Of a stretch of DNA of 64,000 nucleotides, positions 10,435 through 21,000 are shown in pieces. The position numbers and the translations under genes are program-made. The notes under the pieces are model-generated. The model was not told the DNA's origin. It was given only the letters and a program-made list of their open reading frames with translations, and searched no databases. Source of the DNA: Marinibactrum halimedae (GTDB taxonomy: Bacteria; Pseudomonadota; Gammaproteobacteria; Pseudomonadales; Cellvibrionaceae); assembly GCF_021234875.1 (NCBI RefSeq), contig NZ_JAJQVM010000003.1, positions 83,541 through 147,540 of the forward strand, read 5' to 3'. Position 1 is the stretch's first letter. Every line of letters begins with the position of its first letter.

Positions 10435-10460
10435 AAAAGGGCTGAAAATTCAACCCTTTT
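10435..10460. terminator. bidirectional hairpin terminator
   Basis: AAAAGGGCTGAAAATTCAACCCTTTTTTT, with an A-run upstream and a T-run downstream. Sits between convergent genes. Confidence 0.45.
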
Positions 10461-10481
10461 TTTATATTCTAAAAATATGTA

Positions 10482-13367
10482 TTAGAAATTAAATGTAGCC
10501 CCTAAGAACCAATAACGACCTAATGCATCGTAGGTGCCTGGGAAAGTATTACCATTGCCGAAGATCCCCGCACCAGGGCTAGGTCCGATAGGCGGTTCTC
10601 TATCAGTAATATTATTAATGCCCGCACGTATGCTGACCATATCATTAATGCTCCAAATTCCTGATAGGTCTAGGTAATTTTGTGCATCGAAATCGGCTCT
10701 ATCCAAGACGTCTTCAACTTCACTCATGTGGCGCCATTGTGTATTAATAGATAGATTCATTGGTGTTAGCCAAGTAACTCTAAAGTTATTTTGAAAATCA
10801 ATAACAGGGTCTTCACAGCTTTCACCCCATTTTCCATTACAGTCAATAACAGGGCGCTCCGAAACTTCCTGTCTCTCCCAATCCATGATGTAAGTTGATG
10901 TATTGGTGAAGCGCAGTGCACCCAAATCACCCAGCTCTAAATCGAAGTTAATGGCAACATCTATGCCTTCAGTTCTGAACATACCAATATTTTGGTCAAC
11001 AGCAGTTACTGAGCCAGTTCCTGTCCAGAGAGAGCCATTGCCTGGGTCTCTGTTTACGAGGCTACAATATTCTGGTGCGCCAGAACTTAAACATTGCTCC
11101 AAGATAAATTGAGGCGTGAGTGCATCAATGGCGTCAGTCACTTCTATTTCGAAATAATCGAGCGTTAAATCGAGACCTGGTAATTGACTAGGTGTGTAAA
11201 CAATACCAAAAGAATAAGCATCGGACGTTTCTGGTTTTAAATCGGGCTCACCTCCAGATATGTCATTGTATTGTTCTGCGGGGTTATTTGCGATAGCACC
11301 ATATTGTGCAGACGTAACGCCGGTACGTCGACATTCTTCTAAAGTACGCTGAGGTGTTGGGCCTCCACATGGGTCAGCGTCCATGTCATATAAGCTTATG
11401 GCTTGGGGTCGAAATAGTTCTCGAATATTGGCATGGCGAACTGCGCGGTTGTAACTGCCTCGAATTTTAACATCGGAATTAGGCGCCCACCCAAAAGCAA
11501 CCTTATAGGTATCCGTAGTAATGGATGTCGAATAATCTGAAAAACGATAACCAATATCTAATGTTAACTCTTCAGCAAAAGGTTGCCCTTCCATTATGGG
11601 GATTAGCGCTTGGAAATAAACATCCGTTACGTCGTATTCCCCTTCAACACTAGGGCGAGGGCCGCCTTGGCCTGCGCCATCACCAGATTCATAACCAGGG
11701 CCTGCATTGTAATCTAGGCTTTCTTCTCGATATTCAAGACCAAATGCTACAGCAACTCCATTATTGGCTTGGGGTAATGTCATGCCGTATTCACCTAGAT
11801 CACCTGAGAATGTTGCACCAAATACGGAAAGTTCGGTATTCCCTTCTGCCTCTAAGTCAAGGTAGAGGTACTCCAGCATATCTTGTGTAACCGCTCCAGC
11901 TTCGAAAATATTCCAGGCAACACAGTCGGGGTCTTCTGGGTTGGGCCCTAAGGTAGAAGCGCATACCACATTGTTATTCTCATCGAGTCGTGCATCAAGT
12001 GCACGATTGACACGTATTTTTGATAAATCATTGTTATAGGCTTCGTAGAATTCGACTTCTGAATATTGAGCAAAAATATCATAGCTCCAACTTTCATTTA
12101 TATTGCCTTTGAATCCAAATAGTGTACGAAGTGATTCATGTTCTAAATCATTATTTCGTGCACCACCTTCTACGTTACGTCGGCCTATTAATATGTCCCC
12201 ATCGTCGGAATACTCATCTCTGCCATATTCTAGAGCGCCGCATAGTGCATTATATTGCTGGTCGGACATAAATGGGTTGCCGCAATAGAATGTATCAGTG
12301 ATAAAGAATGCTCCAGATGGTGCGATTTGTGCGTTAGACTCATTCGACATATACATGATTTCTGTATAGGCCTTGACTTTGTCGTTAATTTCATAATTAG
12401 CAAATAGCCCTGCTGTTGTACGCTCGTCTGGGCGTTGGAAGAAGTTATCTGGTGCAAAATTAAATAGATAGCCGTTGCGGTTAACAAACTGATTACCTTC
12501 AACCATTAAATCAACATCATTTAAATTACCAAAGGTTCCTCTATCAGTCGTTGCAGAACCTCCGCAAGAATAGTTACCCTCTACACCACCTAGTGCACAT
12601 GTACTGAAATCACGATCATCTTGTCGAACTGCCTCAATATCACGATAGGTATAGTAAGTGGTGATATTGCCGCGTCCATTGTCAAAATTCATTCCTCCAA
12701 CAAGAGAGATATCGTAGGAGTCACCATCATTAATAGAGCCGCTTGGATAATCAAAATTGCTCTCTTCTAAAAGACTTTGTACCATCCCATTGTCATTGTC
12801 GTGTTGGTATCCAGAGGCTTGTACGTCTACTTGGATACCTTCGAAATCTGTTTTCATAATGAAGTTCACAACACCAGCTACAGCATCTGAACCATAAGTG
12901 GATGATGCACCACCAGTAAGAATATCAACCCGTTCAATCAGTGCACCTGGAATTTGGTTGATATCGGCTCCAATACCATCGGCCACTGGTGAGCCTGCGG
13001 GTAGGCGACGGTTGTTAACTAAAACTAATGTTCTTTCTGTGCCTAAATTTCTTAAATCGACGGTTGCAGTACCTGTCGCCCCATTGGCTTGACCACTGGT
13101 TTGACCTGGATAAATAGCCGGTTGGTCATTCAACAAATCTTCGACACGGGTAATACCCTGAAATTTAAACTGTTGAGCATCGACTTGTGTAACCGGACTG
13201 GTGCTAACTAAATTTTCTCTTCTAATTAATGAACCTGTCACCTGAATTTCTTCCATTACTTCTTCTTGTTCAGATTCTTGTGCGATACTCATCATCGGTG
13301 TCGATAACATTGCCCCTGAGACAATTATGGAAGAAATTGTGTACGCTAATTTTCTTTTAGTCGCCAT
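10482..13367 (-). CDS. TonB-dependent outer-membrane receptor
   Basis: Signal peptide, plug-domain motifs, 961 aa, C-terminal aromatic residue (…GATFNF). Confidence 0.85.
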   Translation of the reverse strand: MATKRKLAYTISSIIVSGAMLSTPMMSIAQESEQEEVMEEIQVTGSLIRRENLVSTSPVTQVDAQQFKFQGITRVEDLLNDQPAIYPGQTSGQANGATGTATVDLRNLGTERTLVLVNNRRLPAGSPVADGIGADINQIPGALIERVDILTGGASSTYGSDAVAGVVNFIMKTDFEGIQVDVQASGYQHDNDNGMVQSLLEESNFDYPSGSINDGDSYDISLVGGMNFDNGRGNITTYYTYRDIEAVRQDDRDFSTCALGGVEGNYSCGGSATTDRGTFGNLNDVDLMVEGNQFVNRNGYLFNFAPDNFFQRPDERTTAGLFANYEINDKVKAYTEIMYMSNESNAQIAPSGAFFITDTFYCGNPFMSDQQYNALCGALEYGRDEYSDDGDILIGRRNVEGGARNNDLEHESLRTLFGFKGNINESWSYDIFAQYSEVEFYEAYNNDLSKIRVNRALDARLDENNNVVCASTLGPNPEDPDCVAWNIFEAGAVTQDMLEYLYLDLEAEGNTELSVFGATFSGDLGEYGMTLPQANNGVAVAFGLEYREESLDYNAGPGYESGDGAGQGGPRPSVEGEYDVTDVYFQALIPIMEGQPFAEELTLDIGYRFSDYSTSITTDTYKVAFGWAPNSDVKIRGSYNRAVRHANIRELFRPQAISLYDMDADPCGGPTPQRTLEECRRTGVTSAQYGAIANNPAEQYNDISGGEPDLKPETSDAYSFGIVYTPSQLPGLDLTLDYFEIEVTDAIDALTPQFILEQCLSSGAPEYCSLVNRDPGNGSLWTGTGSVTAVDQNIGMFRTEGIDVAINFDLELGDLGALRFTNTSTYIMDWERQEVSERPVIDCNGKWGESCEDPVIDFQNNFRVTWLTPMNLSINTQWRHMSEVEDVLDRADFDAQNYLDLSGIWSINDMVSIRAGINNITDREPPIGPSPGAGIFGNGNTFPGTYDALGRYWFLGATFNF

Positions 13368-13757
13368 AGTAAAGATTCCTTTTATTTAATTGTTGTTGAC
13401 GTCTCTAACCCTAAATTCTCCGGTAGAACTGCTTTATCTTGGCGTTGTTATTGCCGACTTTCAGAAAAAACACCAAGCCTTACAAGTCTTCAACGATTAA
13501 ACTGGATGGCGCCGCAATGAAATGAGTGCCAATATTTATTTCTTTTTATTTTTTATATTTTAAAGTTATTTATTGGAGGTTTTGATATTATCTTGATGAA
13601 TTTTGAGAGGGAATGTGTATCTGTAATTGGGGGGTATATTTTCTCGATGGTAATAGGTGCGTGCTTAAGCGAAGAGTTTGGGTGTGGAAATTGGGTGTGA
13701 ATGGAAAAAGAATCAATATAGGAAAGGAGTAAATAATCGACAAGGAAATTAGGGGTG

Positions 13758-14291
13758 TTACCCCCCTGCAAGCAACCGGTCATACTTCATGCTCAAAATG
13801 TCGTAAAATTTTTCTTTTACGTCGTTTATTTCTTGTTTTAATACATGAATTTCAGTTTCAGTAATGTCTTTTCGGCACACATAAACTTCTTTTCTGAAAA
13901 TGGCAATTTTGGCGGCATAGATTCGTAATGCCCTTTCCATATTTTTTTCACCCAGCATTAATAGTTGTGACTGCACATTGGCCAGTTTTTTGAATTCATT
14001 CACGAGTTCAACATTGATGTCGGTGAGCTCTTCTCGCCGTGTGGTAGGCCAGCGGTCTCCGTAGTGGATCGATTCTGTGACCAGTGCGGCGTATTTTGAG
14101 AAAGCATGGGTAACGGCACCTACGTCCGCTGAGGTGGACTCAAGAATTGCCATGCGCCGGTTGGTCAGTGGGTTTTCTTGGCCTTGCTGGCGTCGGCTAA
14201 CCAATAACCAAGTAAAGAAGCCTGCGATAACCGCGCCCAACCCCACTTTGACGGAGGTGTCGATTATCTGCCATATGAGTGATTCGTTCAT
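13758..14291 (-). CDS. hypothetical single-TM membrane protein
   Basis: ORF 13758..14387. The internal ATG at 14291 (MNESLIWQI…) has an AGGG RBS and is followed by a TM helix. No family recognised. Confidence 0.45.
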   Translation of the reverse strand: MNESLIWQIIDTSVKVGLGAVIAGFFTWLLVSRRQQGQENPLTNRRMAILESTSADVGAVTHAFSKYAALVTESIHYGDRWPTTRREELTDINVELVNEFKKLANVQSQLLMLGEKNMERALRIYAAKIAIFRKEVYVCRKDITETEIHVLKQEINDVKEKFYDILSMKYDRLLAGG

Positions 14292-14475
14292 GACGTCTTG
14301 CCCTGTATTTCGCCAAATAATTGTCACTAACCCCATTTGATTACCCAAAAGAGGGCGTAATGGGGAAGAATACTGTCTGAATGGCAATTAGTGGGCCAAC
14401 ACAGGAGGTCGACTACCGGATAATCAGAAGAATGTATACATCAATTGAAGAGTGCTTACTTCGATTGAAGAGTGC

Positions 14476-14733
14476 TTAAGTGTTCCTAAGTGGCTCGATA
14501 AGAGGTTCCAAGCCGTTTACTTTGACGGTATGAAGTAGTGCCATTAAATCCCCTAAGCGACCCTTGGGGGGAGCATGGTTCATTAGCCAGAGAACATAGG
14601 GTTCTGGAAGGTCGATCAATGTTCTTCCTTCGTATTTACCAAAAGGCATTACCTTATTCGCTAATTCAATTAACAGTTCTGTGTCAAATAGAGTGGCATC
14701 GGTATAGTCGTGATCATTTGGGGTGTTGTTCAT
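14476..14733 (-). CDS. DUF3820-family protein (annotated in databases as putative quorum-sensing-regulated virulence factor)
   Basis: …MPFGKYEGRTLIDLPEPYVLWL… is the signature of this small family. Confidence 0.7.
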   Translation of the reverse strand: MNNTPNDHDYTDATLFDTELLIELANKVMPFGKYEGRTLIDLPEPYVLWLMNHAPPKGRLGDLMALLHTVKVNGLEPLIEPLRNT

Positions 14734-15068
14734 GGCAAATCTTTTGGCTTTGATAAATTGGGTGCATTGTGCTGGATGACTACCTTATTGTCACTCTTCT
14801 CTGGAAAGAGTGTTGAGTGAATTCTTACGATGATTCAGTGGCGCTTAAAATCTTATTTGTCATCTGAATACGTATGCACCCCATTGTATGTTTTTTTTAT
14901 CATCGGCACATTATTGGGAGGGTTTTAGGATTATAAAAATAAGGCGATCCCATGTTCATATCACGACCTTGTTCTACAAAAAATAATCATATTTGTACGT
15001 CCTTGCTTCACAATACCACGTTTGACTTTTCTCCTTTTTATAACAAGGCACAGTTTTGTAAAAAAACA

Positions 15069-17939
15069 GTGTTTAGTAAAAAAACAGCGTTGTCGGTATC
15101 CATTGTTGCCATCAATGTCAGTTTACTTACTGGTGCTTCGAGTCTTTTCGCGGCTCATGTTTTCGCACAGAGTGTCTCAATTCCTTCAGAGCGTGAATTA
15201 AGTGAAGAGCGTGAATTAATTGAAGAGGTGACCGTAACGGGGTATCGGCGCAGTTTGCTCAATGCCATTGATACGAAACGATTTTCAGATACGGTTTCTG
15301 AGGTGCTGTCGGCTGATGATTTGGGCAGCTTGCCGGATGTCTCTATGGCAGATGCATTAACCCGCTTGCCCGGTATTTCTGCCGTTCGAACAGGAGGAGA
15401 GGCGGGAGAAATTAATATTCGAGGCATGTCGGGCGGGTTTGTGATGTCTACATTGAATGGCCGAGAACAAGTTTCGCCCAGTGGTAAGCGTAGTATCGAA
15501 TTTGAGCAATACCCGTCTGAGTTAATTTCTGCTGCACAGGTGTATAAATCACCGAAAGCCTCATTAATTGAAGGTGGTGTTGCAGGAACAGTGGAATTAA
15601 AAACGGCCAGTCCGTTATCCCTTTCGGGTGATAATAATCACCAATTACAAGTCAATGCACGAGGTATGTTTAATGATCGTGCCAGTGATGTGCCGGATGC
15701 AGAAGAGTTTGGTCATCGCTTTAGTTTTTCGTATCAAGGTGTTTTTCTCGATGATACTTTAGGCTTTGCCGCAGGGTATGCGAGGTTGTATCAGCCGAGT
15801 GTGACCGAGCAGTTTGTTGGTCTTGCCTATAACGGTGAAGTGGATTTAGACAATGATGGTCAAGGGGAGACACCGGTTAGTGAAGGATTTGAATTACAAC
15901 ACAAAGGTGGTGAAGAAGCGCGCGATGGTTACATGGCCACCATCGAATGGGCACCGACGGACAATTTTACGGTAAAAGTGGATGGCTTCCGATCTGTATT
16001 TGATGTTGAGAGTTTTGCGCGTGGGTTTCGCGTTAAGTTTCTTGAGCAGTCTCAGGTATTTAATCCTCGATTAAATGACTTGGGCAATATTACGGGCGGA
16101 ACCTTCAATCGGCAGGGCGAGAATAATTTTTTAGTGCAAACCACGAATGACGATGACGCTGATTACAATGAATTAACCTCTTTGGGTTTGAACGCTGAAT
16201 GGAATGTTGGGCAGTGGACATTTTCAGCGGATGTTTCAAATTCTCGTGCTGACAGTGAATTTAAAAATGGTGTTAGTTGGGCATTGCTATTTGAGGATCC
16301 TAATGCGGATATTCCTATTGCCGCTTCAGATGCGTCTGTTGCCTATCAGCTTAACAATTTAAATTTACCCAGCGTGGGATTTAATCAAGATTACACTAAT
16401 CTTCAACAAATGATGTTAACCAAGTATGGTACTTACCCGTATGAAAATACCGATGAAGTAGAGGCGTTAAAATTCGATGTTGATTATGAATTTGACGATG
16501 ATCGTATTCTTACTTCTATGGAATTTGGTGTCCGTCGTTCTCAAAGGCAATACACCAATGATCGCTCGATGTATGAATATGGCAGTGAATTTGGCGGTGA
16601 CCCAATACGAAGACCATTACCATTAACCGACGCGTTAACCGATGATGTAAATTTTTCCAATGAATTTGATTATCTTCCATCTTACTTAGCGATTGATGTA
16701 GATGCCGCTCTGAATCTATGGCTTCCATCGGGTGAGGGGCGACCGGTAAAAGATTGGAATAATGATTGGACATTTTTTCAAAGTGGCTCTGTTGATGAAG
16801 ATGTGCTGGCCGCTTATGTGATGGCGAATTTTGATTTTGAATCCGTCGGGATTCCAATTTCCGGTAACATTGGAGTTCGACGTGTTGAAACGGAGCAGAA
16901 AGCAAGAGGATTGCAAGATGTCGGTGGGGATCCCGCTTTAGGCGCCCGTGCCATTGCTGATGGTTATGGTGCAGTACGTGATCAATACGCTTATGTGACC
17001 GCAGGTATTGATTATGTGGATTATTTACCTTCTCTTAATTTAAATTATCGCATTACCGAGCAGGATCAAGTCCGATTTGCCTTAGCAAAAGTAATGGCTC
17101 GTCCTCCTATTGAACGATTGTTAAATAATGCCAGCATTAATTTTGGTGATGATGGTCAAGTCTTCATTGATAGTAGTAATAACCCTGCGTTAGAACCGTT
17201 TTACGCTAATCAGTTAGATCTTTCCTACGAGCGTTATTTCAATGAAGGCAACGGTGCTTTTGTGGCCGCGTTGTTTTATAAAGATATTGATTCGTTTGTG
17301 CAAACCTCCACGGTAAACGATTTTAATTACGCTGCGGTGGGTTTTGATTTGCCACGATATGTTCCTGGAACCGAACCAGGTAACCCAGGTAATGCGATCC
17401 CCATTGTCGTTGAAGATGTGGCAAGATATACCGCCGCTTTCAATAATGCCGAAGGGGGTTATGTTCGAGGGGTGGAATTAGCCTATACACAAACGTTCAC
17501 TCAATTGCCGGGTATTTGGTCGGGGTTGGGTTTTTCTGGCAGTTATTCTTACACCGAAAGCGAAGTAACTCAGTTAGGTAGCGCAGAATTATTTGGATTG
17601 GAAGATGTGACGATTCCGCTGGAAGGATTATCTAAGAATGTTGTTTCTGCCACACTCTTTTATGATTATGAGAATTTTTCAACCCGTGTGAATGTTCGTT
17701 ACCGTGATGACTTTGTTTCAGAGCAAGTGGCGGTTGAATCTCAAACGGTCTTTTTCTCTGGCGAAACCGTAGTGGATTATCAAGCTTCTTACGCCCTTGA
17801 TGAAGGTTTAACTCTGTTGTTTCAAGTGAATAATCTTACCGATGAGCCAACACGTTCGTATTTTCTTGATGAATCTCAAACGGGAACGATTCAGTTTTTT
17901 GGTCGACAAGTGTTTTTGGGTGTGTCTTACCGGCTGTAA
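15069..17939 (+). CDS. TonB-dependent outer-membrane receptor (likely maltodextrin/starch-associated)
   Basis: Plug plus barrel motifs. GTG at 15069 gives a clean signal peptide (MFSKKTALSVSIVAINVSLLTGASSLFAAHVFA/Q). The ORF-track start at 14952 adds 39 residues without signal-peptide character. Immediately upstream of the pullulanase. Confidence 0.8.
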   Translation: MFSKKTALSVSIVAINVSLLTGASSLFAAHVFAQSVSIPSERELSEERELIEEVTVTGYRRSLLNAIDTKRFSDTVSEVLSADDLGSLPDVSMADALTRLPGISAVRTGGEAGEINIRGMSGGFVMSTLNGREQVSPSGKRSIEFEQYPSELISAAQVYKSPKASLIEGGVAGTVELKTASPLSLSGDNNHQLQVNARGMFNDRASDVPDAEEFGHRFSFSYQGVFLDDTLGFAAGYARLYQPSVTEQFVGLAYNGEVDLDNDGQGETPVSEGFELQHKGGEEARDGYMATIEWAPTDNFTVKVDGFRSVFDVESFARGFRVKFLEQSQVFNPRLNDLGNITGGTFNRQGENNFLVQTTNDDDADYNELTSLGLNAEWNVGQWTFSADVSNSRADSEFKNGVSWALLFEDPNADIPIAASDASVAYQLNNLNLPSVGFNQDYTNLQQMMLTKYGTYPYENTDEVEALKFDVDYEFDDDRILTSMEFGVRRSQRQYTNDRSMYEYGSEFGGDPIRRPLPLTDALTDDVNFSNEFDYLPSYLAIDVDAALNLWLPSGEGRPVKDWNNDWTFFQSGSVDEDVLAAYVMANFDFESVGIPISGNIGVRRVETEQKARGLQDVGGDPALGARAIADGYGAVRDQYAYVTAGIDYVDYLPSLNLNYRITEQDQVRFALAKVMARPPIERLLNNASINFGDDGQVFIDSSNNPALEPFYANQLDLSYERYFNEGNGAFVAALFYKDIDSFVQTSTVNDFNYAAVGFDLPRYVPGTEPGNPGNAIPIVVEDVARYTAAFNNAEGGYVRGVELAYTQTFTQLPGIWSGLGFSGSYSYTESEVTQLGSAELFGLEDVTIPLEGLSKNVVSATLFYDYENFSTRVNVRYRDDFVSEQVAVESQTVFFSGETVVDYQASYALDEGLTLLFQVNNLTDEPTRSYFLDESQTGTIQFFGRQVFLGVSYRL

Positions 17940-18003
17940 TGTAGCATTTTTTAAGCTGAGTGCATTGGTGGTGAATACAATAAGAAATATGGAGAATACC
18001 TTC

Positions 18004-21000
18004 ATGGGTGTGTTGAAAAGAATTGTGGTTCGGTTTTCAAAATTTCCTTTCCTAAAGGACGGGCTCTTAAAAAAAATTATTTTGAGTTTGTTGCTTTTGG
18101 GTGTGGTGAGTTGCGGCGGTTCAGGCAATGATACTGAGTCAGGCAGTACGTTGTTTACGTGTAATCAACCCCTTGTTATTAGTGAAAGCGGCAACAGTTG
18201 CGTTGAGCCGCCTTCTCTGGAATGCCCAACACCATTGGTGCCAGATGCAGACAATGTAATGTGTATTCCGGCTGTTGATCCTACTTTGCCAGAACCGTCT
18301 ATTCAACCTGGTGATAATCAAGCGGTGCTCTATTACAACCGAGGCGATGGTGTTTATGATAATTGGAAATTGCATATTTGGAATGATAATGGCGCTCCCT
18401 GCGATGCGTATTCTGATGAGCAATTAAATGGTGTGGATTGGAATAATGGCGTAGTGCATTCCGGTGTGGATCCAAATTATGGGGCATATTGGATACTAGC
18501 GTTAAAAGATGGGTTTAGTGAATGTGCGAATTTTATTATTCATGATGCCGATGAGAAGGAAAATTGCGGGCAAGATAAACGTTTATTTTTAACCGGTGAA
18601 CGCATGACATTTGCACTGCAGGAGGTGTGTGATGTTTATAATACGCCTATTTTGTCACTCGGTGTTTCTGTTGCCGGGGCCAGTGCGATTTGGGTTTCTG
18701 AAAATACTTTATTGTGGGATGCACCCACTGATGCTGCACAGTATCGATTGCATGTTTCTTCCGATGCTGGATTGAATTTTGATAGTGAAGCTGGTGTCAC
18801 TAATGGAAGGGTGACAAGTCTAGCGCCCGTTGAGTTTACCTCAGAATTAACAAGTCAATTTCCTCATTTATCGAGTTATACCCCCTTCTCGCACAATGAA
18901 AATCGAAACTGGGTAACGGCTGCCTTAAAGGGAGAATTAATTGCGGTTGCTTATGATGCAAACAATGCGCCCATCGCGGCAACACGGGTACAAATTGCAG
19001 AAGTACTGGATGATGTTTTTACCTCTGGAGATAACGATGCGAACGAAGCCACGCTGGGTATACAGTATGAAAATATAGGTGATAGTGCTCAGAGAAATAT
19101 AAGTGCTCAACTTTGGGCGCCAACCGCTCAGCAAGTTCGTATAAAGATTTTTTCTTCGGATAAAACTTTGCTGGATACTCAGGCAATGACGTTGGATGAG
19201 GCGACGGGTATTTGGCGAGCGACAGGGAGTAATTGGGATCGACAGTTTTATCGATATGAAGTGACGGCATTTCATCCGGCATCGAATGCCATAGAAGTGA
19301 TGGAAACCACAGACCCTTACTCGGTCAGCTTATCCACCAATGGCGAGTATTCTCAATTTGTAAACTTAAGCGATACTGAATTAAAACCCATTGGATGGGA
19401 TACTCATAACATTCCCACTTTAGACGCTTGGGAAGATGCGATTATTTATGAAGGTCATGTTCGAGACTTCAGTATTTGGGATGAAAGTACCTCGGTAGAT
19501 AATCGCGGAAAATACCTCGCATTTACCGAAACTAATTCGGTTCCTATGCAGCATTTGCAATCCTTGGTGAATAATGGATTGAATGTGTTGCATTTATTGC
19601 CGACCAACGACATTACGACGGTAAATGAAAGGGGGGCGGAACGGGTTGATTTAACCGATACCGTTGAAAAATTATGTTCGTTAAACAACGCTGCACCCGT
19701 CTGTGGTGTTGAAAATGGCTCATCGATTTTACGAGATGTTTTGGCCAGTTATGACCCTGCTTCGACGGATGCGCAAGCATTAGTGAACAGTTTGCGTGGA
19801 TTGGATGGATTTAATTGGGGTTATGATCCCCATCATTTTGGCACACCGGAAGGCAGTTATGCCACTGACCCAGATGGCGTCGCACGGATTATCGAAATGC
19901 GTGCAATGATTCAGTCATTACACCAAATGGGTTTACGAGTTATTTCTGATGTGGTCTATAACCATACGGCGTCGTCGGGTTTAAACCCAAATTCGGTACT
20001 GGATAAAGTGGTGCCAGGTTATTATCACCGCTTAAACGAAACCAGTGGTGCAGTGGAAAATTCCACTTGTTGCGACAATACGGCGCCAGAGCGCGTCATG
20101 ATGTCCAAATTAATGACGGATACCTTAGTTATTTGGGCGCAGCATTATAAATTTGATGGGTTTCGTTTTGATGTAATGGGGCACATTCCTAAATCAGAAA
20201 TTTTAGCCGCACAGGCGGCAGTTTTAGCGGTTGATTCTGATAATCATTTTTACGGCGAAGGCTGGAATTTTGGGGATGATGTTCGAGACGGAAAACGTTT
20301 TGAACAAGCGACACAGGCCAATATGGCAGGAACAGAAATCAGTACTTTTAATGATCGTATTCGAGAAAGTGTTCGTAGTGCCGATTTATTTATGGAAAAC
20401 GGCAGTTTGTTAGAGCAAGATTTTATTCGAATCAGTATGGCTGGAACGTTAAAAGACTATATTTTTCAGGATCAAAACGGTCTTTCTGTGCGTGCCGACA
20501 GTGTGTTTTGGAACAGTCAGCCTGCTGGTTATGGAGAGGATCCCGCAGATATTATGAATTATGTGTCGAAACACGATAATGAAACTCTGTGGGATATTTT
20601 ACAAACCAATCTGCCTTCAAGCGAGTCGCTAGAGAGTCGAGTTCGATTACAAAACATCGCAATTGCTATTCCGCTAGTTAGCCAAGGGATTCCTTTTTTG
20701 CAATTTGGCGGTGATTTTCTTCGTTCAAAATCCTTAGATAGAAATACCTATGATGCCGGGGAATGGTTTAATGACGTTGACTTTACATTAAATTCGAGTA
20801 ACTGGAATATTGGGTTGCCTTTGGCACAAGATAATGAGAGTAAGTGGGATAATATGAGGGCGTTGATTGCCAATCCTCAATCTCAACCGCAGCCTTCGCA
20901 TTTGCAATTCGCTTCTCAAGCATTCCAAGAATTTTTATCGATACGTTCAAACAGTGCCCTGTTCCGTTTGCAAAATAAAGAGGAGGTCTTGGCGAGAATT

